Of a DNA stretch of 59,180 nucleotides, positions 30,238 to 40,283 are shown piece after piece. Positions within the stretch are counted from its first letter, which is position 1. Each line of letters opens with the position of its first letter. Position numbers and translations under genes: made by a program. The DNA is from Nitrospira sp. (GTDB lineage: Bacteria > Nitrospirota > Nitrospiria > Nitrospirales > Nitrospiraceae), in assembly GCA_016873435.1 (NCBI GenBank), contig VGXF01000010.1:1-59180 (forward strand), in the 5' to 3' direction. Under the pieces are notes generated by a model. That model worked only from the letters and a program-made list of their open reading frames with translations, was not told the DNA's origin and searched no databases.

Positions 30238-30267
30238 TTGACTTGCGTGTCCAGTTTCCTTTATGAT
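30238..30267 (+). promoter_or_regulatory. sigma70-like promoter upstream of rlpA
   Basis: TTGACT-N18-TATGAT. Confidence 0.35.
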
Positions 30268-30393
30268 CGCCTCACTCCATATATATCGAGCCGCATTCCA
30301 TTCTGCGGTTCTTTAATCCATCTTTTACAATGTAGAGGGATTCAAGCAGACTGACCGGTCTAGCCTAAAGGGCTAGACAAAGGCAAGTGAGCA

Positions 30394-31032
30394 ATGACAA
30401 GCAGAATAAAAAGCGAACGACGGGCCCTGAATGCATGGAGCATGCTTTTCGTGTGCGGCATGGCACTGGGAGGCTGTACGGTATTGCCGAAGGGGCAGGC
30501 CGATCTGGATGTCGGCAGCCAGGAGCTGGGTATGGCCTCGTGGTATGGCGAGGATTTTCATGGCTGGGTGACGGCCAACGGGGAAATCTATGACATGGAG
30601 GCGCTTACTGCCGCCCATCGCACCTTACCGCTCGGGACGTGGCTGCTCGTAACGAACGTGGAAAATGGCAGGCAAGTGCGCGTACGCATCAACGACCGCG
30701 GTCCCTTTGTACATGGGCGCGTTGCGGATCTGTCGCTCGCCGCTGCCCGGGAACTGGACATGGTCGAGAGCGGCGTGGCCGCCGTGCATCTCGAAGTGGT
30801 GGGGGAGCCCCAAGGCGGCCGCCTCTCCACGGTTGATCTGCTGCCGATGCCCCGCACCACAAAAGCCGCGGGATTCTCAGAAGGCTCACGGTCCCTGACG
30901 CCTCCGCGCGCCGTCCGCGCCGTGCGGGCGCTGCCCAACGATCTGCTGAACCAGCGGCGCCTCCGCCGCGCAGCGGACTTTCAGGCGGCGGAACGGCGCG
31001 CCTATGCGGTCGCTGCGTTGCAAATTCCCTAG
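30394..31032 (+). CDS. rlpA: septal ring lytic transglycosylase RlpA-family lipoprotein
   Basis: Lipobox LGGC. DPBB domain ([27 protein letters not shown]). Confidence 0.8.
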   Translation: MTSRIKSERRALNAWSMLFVCGMALGGCTVLPKGQADLDVGSQELGMASWYGEDFHGWVTANGEIYDMEALTAAHRTLPLGTWLLVTNVENGRQVRVRINDRGPFVHGRVADLSLAAARELDMVESGVAAVHLEVVGEPQGGRLSTVDLLPMPRTTKAAGFSEGSRSLTPPRAVRAVRALPNDLLNQRRLRRAADFQAAERRAYAVAALQIP

Positions 31033-31074
31033 TCACGCCGTTCACGCTCTCCTCGCGATCCGCGGCTCCGGTAA

Positions 31075-31104
31075 TTGACAGGCCAGAGGACAGTCGACTA
31101 GACT
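31075..31104 (+). promoter_or_regulatory. sigma70-like promoter
   Basis: TTGACA-N18-TAGACT, about 60 nt upstream of the small basic protein gene. Confidence 0.35.
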
Positions 31105-31164
31105 GCACCGGCAAGTGTACTCCGTCCAATGGACGGCAGGCGTTACCACCAGGAGCATTGGGGA

Positions 31165-31401
31165 ATGGCAAAAAAGAAAAAAATGTCACTGGCCGAGGAT
31201 GAAACCCGGCTGAAGACGAAAGTCTCTGAGAAGCGCACCGCGCTGAAGAACCCGGAAGGCGACGAAAAGTTCCGCAAGCTGCACAAGCGGCTGAAGCGGC
31301 TGCAACGCCTGCGCCGGAAGTTCGTGGAGCGCAAGAAGAATGCGATGGGCAAAGCCAAGGGTGAGGCCACCGCCGACAAGCCTGCGGCCCCGGCCGCCTA
31401 A
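31165..31401 (+). CDS. small highly basic protein (78 aa, hypothetical)
   Basis: MAKKKK... is K/R-rich throughout. AGGAG 10 nt upstream. Confidence 0.5.
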   Translation: MAKKKKMSLAEDETRLKTKVSEKRTALKNPEGDEKFRKLHKRLKRLQRLRRKFVERKKNAMGKAKGEATADKPAAPAA

Positions 31402-31429
31402 GCACGTTCCGTCTCGTACGCACACCAGC

Positions 31430-32245
31430 ATGGCCGAATCATCAGACCGCGACGACGAATTCTCCCTGTCCGACGCACCGCCGGCGAGCGACGCTCAGGT
31501 CGATGCCATGTCGGCGGCGCTTGCGCAGCCGGCCGAGGCATCCGCCGGGGATCGGCCCGCCGAGACCATCCTTGAAGAGGAGAAGGTTAAGGACGAGATC
31601 GACATTCAGATCGATCTCCTCAAGGACTCCGATTGGACCGTCCGGCGCGAAGCGGTCGTCACGCTTGGCGAAATGGGCGACGAACGCTGCGTCGTTCCGC
31701 TCGTCAATGCGCTGCGCGACGGCGACTGGCAGGTTCGCGACGCCGCCGTCGAGGCGCTGGCGCAGGTCGGCTCGCTTGCTGTTGAGTATCTCATCAAAAT
31801 GCTGCGGGACTGGGATATCCGCAAGACGGCGATCCGCTGCCTCGGTAAGATCAAGGACGAGCGGGTGCTCGATCCGCTCATGCAGCAGCTGCACTCCGAC
31901 GAATTCAAGGACGATGCGACCGAGGCGTTGGTGGAGCTAGGCTCACCAGCAGTGGAGCGGCTGGTGCCGGCGCTCAAGGACAGGGATGAGATGGTCCGCA
32001 AGCAGGCGATTCTGGCCCTGGGGCGGATCAAGGATCCGGCCGCCATCGATCCGCTGATCGAGATGTTGAAGGATGCCGACTGGTTCTCCCGCCTGACCGC
32101 GGCCCGCGCATTGGAGAAGATCGGGGATGAGCGCGGCCGGCTAGCGATCAAGCCGATGATGAAGGATCCGGACCTGGTCGTGAAGATGGCAGTCGAGCGG
32201 ATGCTCGCGTCCTGGAAGAAGAACAAGGAAACGACGAACGCGTAA
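31430..32245 (+). CDS. HEAT-repeat (PBS lyase-like) protein
   Basis: Repeated DxxVRxxAxxALGxIGD units (about 7) after an acidic N-terminal 60 aa. Starts 28 nt after the small basic gene. Confidence 0.75.
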   Translation: MAESSDRDDEFSLSDAPPASDAQVDAMSAALAQPAEASAGDRPAETILEEEKVKDEIDIQIDLLKDSDWTVRREAVVTLGEMGDERCVVPLVNALRDGDWQVRDAAVEALAQVGSLAVEYLIKMLRDWDIRKTAIRCLGKIKDERVLDPLMQQLHSDEFKDDATEALVELGSPAVERLVPALKDRDEMVRKQAILALGRIKDPAAIDPLIEMLKDADWFSRLTAARALEKIGDERGRLAIKPMMKDPDLVVKMAVERMLASWKKNKETTNA

Positions 32246-32251
32246 TCCGCA

Positions 32252-32713
32252 CTACCGATCCAAGAGCGTGTCGAGTTCCTTCTGCACTCCCGCCAGCGTG
32301 CCCTTGTCGACGGCGTTTCCCTTTGCCAGCTCCCGTTCAATGCCTGTGATCGTGGCGGCCAGTGCCCTGGTCTTGGCGGCCGTGCCTTCGTCACCGGCCA
32401 GTGCCGCTTCCTCCAGATGCGTCACGGCCCCGGTCAGCTCCTTCGCGGCATCGCCGAAGTTTTTCTCATTAAGGTCGGTTCTGGCTTCAAGAAGTTTTTC
32501 CTTCGCGTCTACCACGCCCTGGCGGTAACGTAGCGTGCGCTCTAGGCTCTGCGAAGTGTTGATGGCGGTGTGGGAGAGTTCCTTTGTCGTGGCCACGACC
32601 TCAGAGCTGATTTCCTTAACGGCTTTCTTGACCGCGGCCGGGTGAGAACCGGAGTAGTAGCCCAGCGCAAAGACCCCGCCGAGCAGCACGATCGCACCAA
32701 TGATTTTCAGCAT
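32252..32713 (-). CDS. membrane-anchored coiled-coil protein (hypothetical)
   Basis: N-terminal TM (IIGAIVLLGGVFALGYY), otherwise helical. Confidence 0.5.
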   Translation of the reverse strand: MLKIIGAIVLLGGVFALGYYSGSHPAAVKKAVKEISSEVVATTKELSHTAINTSQSLERTLRYRQGVVDAKEKLLEARTDLNEKNFGDAAKELTGAVTHLEEAALAGDEGTAAKTRALAATITGIERELAKGNAVDKGTLAGVQKELDTLLDR

Positions 32714-32747
32714 GGGGCGTCCTTTCTATTCAGTTCCCAGGGCGGTC

Positions 32748-34058
32748 TTATTTTGTCGACAGCAACTGCAGCACGCTGCCGGCGGCTGCCAGGCTCACCG
32801 CCGGATCGGGATCGCGCATCGCCGGCTTCAGTATAGTCAGTCCCTCGTGCCCGCCCAGTCGGCCGAGTGCGCGGGCGGCCATCAGGCGGGGCTGCGGCTG
32901 CTGATCCTTAAGCAGCGTCTCGAGCACCTGCCGCGCTTTCCGGTTGCCCGATAACCCGACGGCCTGCGCCGTTGCACCACGGACCGACGGGTCCGGGTGT
33001 TTCGCCAGATCGGCCGCCAGCAGCACCGCCTCGTCGTCGCCCATGCGCAGCAATCCTTCGACGGCCCCAATGCGGACCCATTCGATCGGGTCCCGTGCGG
33101 CCTGTTTGAGCACGGGTCGGCTCTGCGGCAGCTTCAGCCGGCCTAGGCTGGCGGCGGCGATGCTCCGGACGCGGGGATGATCGTCCTGCAGCGTGTGCAA
33201 GAGCGCCGCGTGGCTGTTCGGATCACCGAAATCACCCAACGCGCCGGCGGCAAAGGCGCGCACGGACGGATCGGGATCGTACACGGCCTGGTTGAGCAGA
33301 GACAGACTGGACGGGCGTTTCAGCCGGCCCAGCGCGCCCAGTGCCGCCATGCGGACGTCGGCGTTAGGCAGCGTCGCTTCGACCGCGATATCGTCTGCCG
33401 CGTCTGCCTGACCCATGCGGGCCAGTGCCGTGAGCGCAAAGATATGCACGACGCCTTCTTCGGATTTCGAGAGACGTGTGATTGCCGGGCGCAGGCCCGG
33501 ATCAATGTGCGGGCCTAGTGCGTTGAGGGCGGCGATGCGGACGGACGGCATCTCATCGTCGAGCGCTCGCGCGATCATCGACGCGGGGGCACCCGCCCTC
33601 GCGAGTCCCTCCGCGGCCCGGGCCCGCACCATGATGGAGACGTCCAGCAGACCATCCTTCAAGATCGGCAGTGTGTCTTTGGCGGCGACATCGGCTAAGA
33701 CCATGTAGGCGGCAATGCGTAGATGCTCCTGCGTGTCGCGTACGCGGGCGGTGAGGACGGCGAGGGCCGTGTCGCGCAGCAAGGGGGTCTCGTCCGACGC
33801 GTTGGGTGGGACGAGGCGTGCGTAGAACGCGAGTGCGGTATCGGGCCGTCCGATGCGTAACGCGCTGTTCACTCCGGTCCTCAATGTGTCGGACGTCAGT
33901 TTATAATCAGGCGGCGCGCTTTCCAACAGGCGGATGACCTCCTCGAATCGATGTTGCCGGAACGCCTTCTGCGCGTCTTCCTGCAACGAGGCGTGGGCTG
34001 CAACGGCAAGCACGAATTCGAAACCGGCGACGATGATTAGCACTCTGAGCGCGCGCAT
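32748..34058 (-). CDS. HEAT-repeat (PBS lyase-like) protein with signal peptide
   Basis: Signal peptide followed by about 12 HEAT-like repeats. The ATG overlaps the glgP TGA by 1 nt (TGATG). Confidence 0.75.
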   Translation of the reverse strand: MRALRVLIIVAGFEFVLAVAAHASLQEDAQKAFRQHRFEEVIRLLESAPPDYKLTSDTLRTGVNSALRIGRPDTALAFYARLVPPNASDETPLLRDTALAVLTARVRDTQEHLRIAAYMVLADVAAKDTLPILKDGLLDVSIMVRARAAEGLARAGAPASMIARALDDEMPSVRIAALNALGPHIDPGLRPAITRLSKSEEGVVHIFALTALARMGQADAADDIAVEATLPNADVRMAALGALGRLKRPSSLSLLNQAVYDPDPSVRAFAAGALGDFGDPNSHAALLHTLQDDHPRVRSIAAASLGRLKLPQSRPVLKQAARDPIEWVRIGAVEGLLRMGDDEAVLLAADLAKHPDPSVRGATAQAVGLSGNRKARQVLETLLKDQQPQPRLMAARALGRLGGHEGLTILKPAMRDPDPAVSLAAAGSVLQLLSTK

Positions 34059-36235
34059 CAATCCTGCCAGCGAGCGTCTTTTGGGGAGGCGGCTGAAGCG
34101 TAGAGAAGGTCCATGTACTCCTTCACCATTCGGCGGGTGCAGAACCGCGGCGCGACGGTGCGGACGGCGTCCTTGACGATGTGGAGCCAGCCGCGGGGAA
34201 TGCCGTCTCGGTCCCGCTCGTAATAGAGCGGGACGATGTCGTGCTCAAGCAGGCGGTAGAGCTGTTCGGCGTCGTGTTGATCCTGGCTGTGCGTGTCGCC
34301 CAAATGGGCTGACGAGGGAATCGCCCAGCCGTTGGCGCCGTCGTACCCCTCCTGCCACCAGCCGTCCAGTACGCTCAGATGTGGGACGCCGTTGAGCGCA
34401 GCCTTCTGGCCGCTTGTACCGCTCGCTTCCATCGGCGGGCGCGGCGTGTTCATCCAAACGTCCACGCCCCAGACCAAATACTTGGCCATATGCATGTCGT
34501 AGTCTTCAAGAAAGGCGACGTGTCCACCGATGTCGTGGTCCTTGCAGTACGCGTAGACCTGGTGAATGAATTGTCGGCCCGGCTCGTCGGCCGGATGCGC
34601 CTTGCCCGCGAAGATAAGTTGCACGGGCCGCCAGCGGTCCTGCATCATCTGCTGCAGCCGCGTCAGCGTGCTGAAAACAAGCGTGGCCCGCTTGTAAGTG
34701 GCGAAGCGCCGTGCGAAGCCGATCGTGAGCGCCTCCGGATCGAGCAGGGTGCCGCTGGCCAGCACCTGATGCGGCTGCAGATGTCCGTGCATCCATGCCG
34801 CGCGTGCGCGTTCGCGGATGAAGCTCATCAGCTTGCGCTTAAGCAGCTGCCGCGCTGCCCAGAGTTCGCCGTCGGGAATATCCGGCACGCGGTGCCAGAT
34901 GGCCGGATCGTCCGCCCGCTCGGCCCAGTCGGGGCCGAGATGCCTGACGTAGAGCTGGTTCATCTCCGGCGAAATCCAGCTCGGGGCGTGCACGCCGTTC
35001 GTGATACTGCGGATCGGCACGCGATCCTCTTCTTCTATCCCGGGCCAGAGGCAGCGCCACATGACGCGGGAGACGCGGCCATGTTCGCGGCTGACGCCGT
35101 TGACATGGCCGGCCAGCCGCATGGCCAATGCCGTCATATTGAAGCCGGCGCCCGGATTCTCTGGATGCGCGCCCAACTGCAACAAGGCCTCGCGCGTTAT
35201 GCCGAGCTCATCCCAGTAGCCAGCGAGGTGGTGTTCAATGTGATGGAAGGGGAAGACGTCGTGGCCGGCCGGTACCGGCGTGTGCGTGGTGAACACGGTA
35301 CTCTGGCGGACGCGTTCCACCGCCTCGGCATGCGGCCGACCGGCCTGCACGAACTCGCGCACGCGTTCGAGTGTCATGAAGGCCGAGTGGCCCTCGTTGG
35401 CATGCCAGACGGACGGGGACAGGCCGAGCGTGCGGAAGACCCGCACGCCGCCGATGCCAAGCAGAATTTCTTGGCGCAGGCGGACGTTCTGATCGCCGCC
35501 GTAGAGCCGCGCCGACAGTTCACGGTCCCACGGCTGGTTCTCTGGCACATCGGTGTCGATGAGATATAAAGTGACGCGTCCGACACGCACCTGCCAGACG
35601 ACGGCAGAGATGGTGCGATGGTCGATCTGGACGCCGATCTGGCAGGGCTGGCCGTTCGGCATCAATGCCCGCTGGATGGGCGACTCCAGCCGGTTGAACG
35701 GCTCATATTCGGCTTCCTGCCAGCCGTCCACGGACATCCGCTGGTGAAAATAGCCCTGCGGGTACATGAATCCGAGGCCGAGAAGTGGAATGCCGAGATC
35801 GCTGGCTTCCTTGCAATGGTCACCGGCCAGGATGCCCAGCCCGCCGCTGTAGATCGGGATAGAATTGTGCAGGCCGAACTCGGCCGAGAAGTAGGCGATC
35901 GTGTGGTTCGCGAGGTGCGGATAGCGCCCGGCAAACCAGGTATCGGAGGCGCCCATGTAGTCGTCGTAGGTCTTAAGGACGGATGAATAGAGGCGGATGA
36001 ACACGGGATCGCCACTAAGTTCTATGAGCCGGGCCGGTTTGAGATCCTGCAACAGCTTGACGGGATTATGATGCGAAAGGCGCCAGAGTGTCGGATCGAT
36101 CGTTTCAAAGAGACGGCGGGCATCCGGTTTCCAGCTCCACCACAGATTATGGGCCAGTTCGTCCAGGCGGGCGAGGCCGCCTGGCAGGCTGTTTGCGGAT
36201 GGCGCGCTCACGCGGTGCCTCCCTGCTGGTGCCAC
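34058..36235 (-). CDS. glgP: alpha-glucan phosphorylase
   Basis: GT35 motifs, including GGLGILAGDHCKEASDLGIP. The start is either the ATG at 36235 or the GTG at 36211. Confidence 0.9.
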   Translation of the reverse strand: MAPAGRHRVSAPSANSLPGGLARLDELAHNLWWSWKPDARRLFETIDPTLWRLSHHNPVKLLQDLKPARLIELSGDPVFIRLYSSVLKTYDDYMGASDTWFAGRYPHLANHTIAYFSAEFGLHNSIPIYSGGLGILAGDHCKEASDLGIPLLGLGFMYPQGYFHQRMSVDGWQEAEYEPFNRLESPIQRALMPNGQPCQIGVQIDHRTISAVVWQVRVGRVTLYLIDTDVPENQPWDRELSARLYGGDQNVRLRQEILLGIGGVRVFRTLGLSPSVWHANEGHSAFMTLERVREFVQAGRPHAEAVERVRQSTVFTTHTPVPAGHDVFPFHHIEHHLAGYWDELGITREALLQLGAHPENPGAGFNMTALAMRLAGHVNGVSREHGRVSRVMWRCLWPGIEEEDRVPIRSITNGVHAPSWISPEMNQLYVRHLGPDWAERADDPAIWHRVPDIPDGELWAARQLLKRKLMSFIRERARAAWMHGHLQPHQVLASGTLLDPEALTIGFARRFATYKRATLVFSTLTRLQQMMQDRWRPVQLIFAGKAHPADEPGRQFIHQVYAYCKDHDIGGHVAFLEDYDMHMAKYLVWGVDVWMNTPRPPMEASGTSGQKAALNGVPHLSVLDGWWQEGYDGANGWAIPSSAHLGDTHSQDQHDAEQLYRLLEHDIVPLYYERDRDGIPRGWLHIVKDAVRTVAPRFCTRRMVKEYMDLLYASAASPKDARWQD

Positions 36236-37041
36236 GCCGTCCAGACGGGCGTCGTGGCGACGGAGGCATAGCGGGTGCCAACGATCTGCGCCACGCGGTT
36301 CATCAATCTATTCAGTTCTTGCAGTTGTTCCGCTTTCAGATCCTGTCGAAACCGCGGATGGAGGCCCCAGCGCGTTTCGATCTCCTCGCCTTGGATGGTG
36401 GACATGACGCTGATGAGCTTGATCTCGTTGCCGGCCGGAAGCAGCACGGAAGGCGGCGGCGACGGGGCGGTAGTAGCCGTCTGCGGGGCCGCGCCTGTTG
36501 TCGCGGATTCGAGCAGGGACTTCATCGCTGGGATGGCGGCGCTGGCGCATAGGACGGCGGACGAGGCAACCATGCCGTTGTCGGGCGCGTTGATCATCCG
36601 GGCCACGTTCTCGCCGAAGGTTTTGAAGTACGCGTTCTTTTGCGTACTCTCCTCTGTGACGAGAAACTTGAACGGTTCGTACTGCTGGCGACTCTGGGCC
36701 ACGGTGGCGCCGATCGTCATGATGACTTCCATCTCATCGGAGTTCGGTCCCAGCACCGGCGCGAGCACATCCTTGAGCCGTTCTGTAACGGCGTCTTCGA
36801 GCCCGTCCATGAACAGCGGTTGGTCCTTGAGGGCAATGTAGAGGGCTGAGAGACGGTCGGCCAGATTGAATTGCAGCTTGAGAAACTCTAAATAAATCTC
36901 CCACTCGGAGGTTTTCTTGAGCTTCAACGCCTGCTCGGGTGCACTGCGCTTGACCATGGTGACGGATTCGCCCGCGACGGCGACCATCATGGTCGCCAGG
37001 TCCTGCAGCATTTTGGTGTGGGGGTCTTTTGAGGCCGGCAT
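36208..37041 (-). CDS. hypothetical protein (277 aa) co-operonic with glgP
   Basis: Good SD (AGAGGG). Two domains separated by a Pro/Thr-rich linker. No family recognised. Confidence 0.6.
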   Translation of the reverse strand: MPASKDPHTKMLQDLATMMVAVAGESVTMVKRSAPEQALKLKKTSEWEIYLEFLKLQFNLADRLSALYIALKDQPLFMDGLEDAVTERLKDVLAPVLGPNSDEMEVIMTIGATVAQSRQQYEPFKFLVTEESTQKNAYFKTFGENVARMINAPDNGMVASSAVLCASAAIPAMKSLLESATTGAAPQTATTAPSPPPSVLLPAGNEIKLISVMSTIQGEEIETRWGLHPRFRQDLKAEQLQELNRLMNRVAQIVGTRYASVATTPVWTAWHQQGGTA

Positions 37042-37147
37042 GTGCCCTCTTTAATCGAAACCAATTATATACAAGTCCGTTCGGCACTTTCTAGCGAATC
37101 CGCAACCAATAGTGGGGTGTTCATCTCATTGCTCCAAGGGAATGGGT

Positions 37148-39211
37148 ATGCTATATCCGCCTGCGCTGAAGCGTTGGCGGATGGGTAATCTTGTGGGACG
37201 GTTCCAAATGGACCGCGAAAGCAAACCCTACATCCTGAAAAAAGCGGCGGAGGATTTGCAGTCGGCGAGGCTGTCGCTGGACTATGCGGCCGAACTGAAC
37301 AAACAACAGCTGGCGGCGGTGACGGCAGTGGATGGGCCTGCGCTGGTCATCGCCGGAGCAGGCAGCGGTAAGACGCGGACACTCGTCTATCGCGTGGCCT
37401 ATCTGATTGACCGGGGCGTGGACCCGACGACGATCCTTTTGCTGACCTTCACGCGTAAGGCATCACAGGAGATGCTCCAGCGGGCGGGCGTACTGATCGG
37501 GGCGCGCAGCGAGCGCGTGGCTGGGGGGACGTTCCATTCGGTAGCGAACACGTTGCTACGCCGCCATGGGCGACCGGTTGGCTTGGAGCCGGGCTTCACG
37601 ATCCTCGATCGCGGTGATGCCGAGGATCTGATCGGCCTGCTGCGCAATCAGATGGGGCTCAACGAAAAGGACAAGCGGTTTCCTCGCAAAGGCACGATCG
37701 CAGAAATTTTCAGTAAGTGCGAGAACACGCTGTCCAACCTCGAAGACGTGCTGCTTGGAGAGTTCGCGCACTTTACGGAGCAGCTGGGCGACCTGCAACA
37801 ACTCAAGAAGGCTTACACGGATGCCAAGCGGCAGAAGCAACTGCTGGACTACGACGACTTACTCATGAAACTGCGCGAACTGCTGACCGACCATGAAGCC
37901 GAGCGACAGGCGATCTCGCGGCAGTTTCGCTACATCCTCGTGGACGAGTACCAGGACACGAACCGCCTCCAGGCCGATCTGGTCCGTAAGCTCGCCGCAA
38001 CGCATGAAAATGTGATGGCCGTCGGGGACGACGCGCAGTCCATCTATGCGTTCAGGGGGGCCACGTTCCGCAATATCATGGACTTTCCCAAGTTATTTCC
38101 CGGGACGATGGTCTACAAGCTGGAAGAGAACTACCGCAGCACGCAGCCGATCCTGAATCTGGCCAATGCGATCATCGGCAGCGCGACGGAAAAATATGCG
38201 AAGCACTTATTCACGAGAAAACTTGATGGGCCGCTGCCCGCGCTGGTGCAGGCAGGGGGCGAGCACGCCCAATCGCGGTTCATCGCGCAACGGATTCTTG
38301 AATTGCGCGAAGAAGGCGTTCCGCTGGACGAGATCGCCGTCTTGTTCCGGTCCAGTTTCCATTCGTTCGACTTGGAAGTCGAACTGTCTCGGCGCAATCT
38401 GCCATTCATCAAGCGCGGCGGGTTCAAGTTTATTGAGACAGCGCACGTAAAAGACTTATTGGCGCATCTGCGCGTGGTCGAGAATCCGCTGGATGCCGTG
38501 AGTTGGAACCGCCTGCTGTTACTGGTGGACGGCGTCGGGCCAAAAAAAGCGCAGGACCTGATCGTGTCGTTATCCCGAAGCAGCCAGCCAGTCAGCGTGC
38601 TGCGCGATATCAGCGGACGGCTGGCCCGGCCCCTGAAGGATCTGGCGATCATGCTGGATGAGGCGGGACGTTCAGGTTCACTCACGCCGGCGGAGCAGGT
38701 CAACGAGGTCTATCGCTACTACCTGCCGATTCTCAAGGAGCATTACGACGATTACCCCAAGCGGATGCGCGATCTGGAGCATCTCTACACGATGGCCGAG
38801 CGATACACAACGCTCAACAGTTTTCTGGCCGACCTTGCGCTGGAGCCGCCGGATGAGAGCATGGCGGACGTGGAGGCAGGCGACCGTGACGAGGAGCGGC
38901 TGGTGCTGTCCACGATCCATTCGGCCAAGGGACTTGAATGGCAGTGTGTCTTCGTCATCTGGACCGTGGACGGACGATTTCCCTCGGCCTATTCCTTTAC
39001 GTCTGATGACGAATTGGAAGAGGAGCGGCGGCTCTTTTATGTGGCGGCGACGCGGGCCAAAAAGCACCTCTATCTGACTTATCCCATCAATATCTATGAC
39101 AAGGCAACGGGCGCGGTCCTGTCCAAGCCGTCGCGATTCCTCGACGACGTGCCCTCATCCATGATAGATTCATGGGCATTAGTTGAGGAAAGCGGGCATC
39201 ACTGGGATTGA
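37148..39211 (+). CDS. UvrD/PcrA-family ATP-dependent DNA helicase
   Basis: Walker A AGAGSGKT and motifs II-VI (VDEYQDTN). Start alternatives are 37112 and 37208. Confidence 0.85.
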   Translation: MLYPPALKRWRMGNLVGRFQMDRESKPYILKKAAEDLQSARLSLDYAAELNKQQLAAVTAVDGPALVIAGAGSGKTRTLVYRVAYLIDRGVDPTTILLLTFTRKASQEMLQRAGVLIGARSERVAGGTFHSVANTLLRRHGRPVGLEPGFTILDRGDAEDLIGLLRNQMGLNEKDKRFPRKGTIAEIFSKCENTLSNLEDVLLGEFAHFTEQLGDLQQLKKAYTDAKRQKQLLDYDDLLMKLRELLTDHEAERQAISRQFRYILVDEYQDTNRLQADLVRKLAATHENVMAVGDDAQSIYAFRGATFRNIMDFPKLFPGTMVYKLEENYRSTQPILNLANAIIGSATEKYAKHLFTRKLDGPLPALVQAGGEHAQSRFIAQRILELREEGVPLDEIAVLFRSSFHSFDLEVELSRRNLPFIKRGGFKFIETAHVKDLLAHLRVVENPLDAVSWNRLLLLVDGVGPKKAQDLIVSLSRSSQPVSVLRDISGRLARPLKDLAIMLDEAGRSGSLTPAEQVNEVYRYYLPILKEHYDDYPKRMRDLEHLYTMAERYTTLNSFLADLALEPPDESMADVEAGDRDEERLVLSTIHSAKGLEWQCVFVIWTVDGRFPSAYSFTSDDELEEERRLFYVAATRAKKHLYLTYPINIYDKATGAVLSKPSRFLDDVPSSMIDSWALVEESGHHWD

Positions 39212-39265
39212 TTGACCGGTTGAGTTGGCATCCTCTCGCTGCCTGGTAACACCAGTCTCCAACAC

Positions 39266-40174
39266 ATGAGATACGTCAGTTGTACAGGGAAGATGGTGGG
39301 GCCCTGGGCCATGCGGCTGTGGTGTGCCGGGCTGCTGCTGGCGGCCGCTCCGGTCCAGGCAGAGGTGCCGGCGGGGGGCTCCGATCTGGCGCGGCTGCCG
39401 CTGCCCGCGCTGATCAGTCAGGCGGAGGAACTCGGGCTCCCGACAAAATTTCTCAAAGAGCTACCATTAAATTTCGTGAAGGTGACCTTCGAAGATCTCC
39501 ATCGTTGGGCCGCGGAGTACCATCCGGATGAGCACCACATGATTTTGAACCGGGCGCTGTCGTTTAATCAGGCGGCCGGTTCGTTGCGCCCGCTGACGAG
39601 CATGACGACGGCCGAGGTCGGCAATTTCTATCACGAGCTGTTCCATGCCTATCTCGACTATCTGGAAACGACGCCACCCGGTCCGGACACGGACGGGGCA
39701 AAGCTGCTGGCCTTCGCGCAGCAGTTGCGGAAGTGCCGCTATACGGAAGTGAAGATCACACCGGTGCTGCAGAAGCGGACGGCCACCGAGACGCGGTATC
39801 TCTCCGAGCATGAAGCCTGGGAGGCGCAGCACGAAACCTGGGGCGTCTTCGTCGGCTGGGCGATCTGGACGAAACTCGAACTGGTCGCCTCAAGGGGCAA
39901 GCCCAGCATGGTCACGGACGGGTGGGTCAAACGGCTCAAGCAGGCCGACCACGACGGCATTCTCATCGGCTACTACGAACCGGAAGATCAGCAGGAGCGC
40001 AAGCAGGCGCAGAAGCGTTATCTGGCGCCGGCTTACCGGATCACACCGCAAGAAGTTGATACGATCATGCAGTTGTTGTTTGGCGAATCGGCCAACTCAT
40101 CCGCCCGCGCCGCTGCCGCGCTCCCACCTGCGGTGACCAAGGGCGCCGCCGTCTCGCCCGCCTGTAAAAACTGA
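39266..40174 (+). CDS. secreted hypothetical protein
   Basis: Signal peptide LLLAAAPVQA. No family recognised. Confidence 0.5.
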   Translation: MRYVSCTGKMVGPWAMRLWCAGLLLAAAPVQAEVPAGGSDLARLPLPALISQAEELGLPTKFLKELPLNFVKVTFEDLHRWAAEYHPDEHHMILNRALSFNQAAGSLRPLTSMTTAEVGNFYHELFHAYLDYLETTPPGPDTDGAKLLAFAQQLRKCRYTEVKITPVLQKRTATETRYLSEHEAWEAQHETWGVFVGWAIWTKLELVASRGKPSMVTDGWVKRLKQADHDGILIGYYEPEDQQERKQAQKRYLAPAYRITPQEVDTIMQLLFGESANSSARAAAALPPAVTKGAAVSPACKN

Positions 40175-40206
40175 CCGAACGTCGCGAAAAATCTCCTGAA
40201 TTCACC

Positions 40207-40236
40207 TTGACTTAAGCGACCTCTCGAAAGTACACT
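40207..40236 (+). promoter_or_regulatory. sigma70-like promoter upstream of ffh
   Basis: TTGACT-N18-TACACT. Confidence 0.3.
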
Positions 40237-40283
40237 GTAGAAAAATTTTTCAGTCTTTTTGAAGGGATGGGAGCGTTTTAGGA

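Noticed and set aside
34379-35569. 396-aa plus-strand ORF inside glgP
   Set aside because: Antisense shadow of glgP. His/Arg/Ala-rich and featureless.
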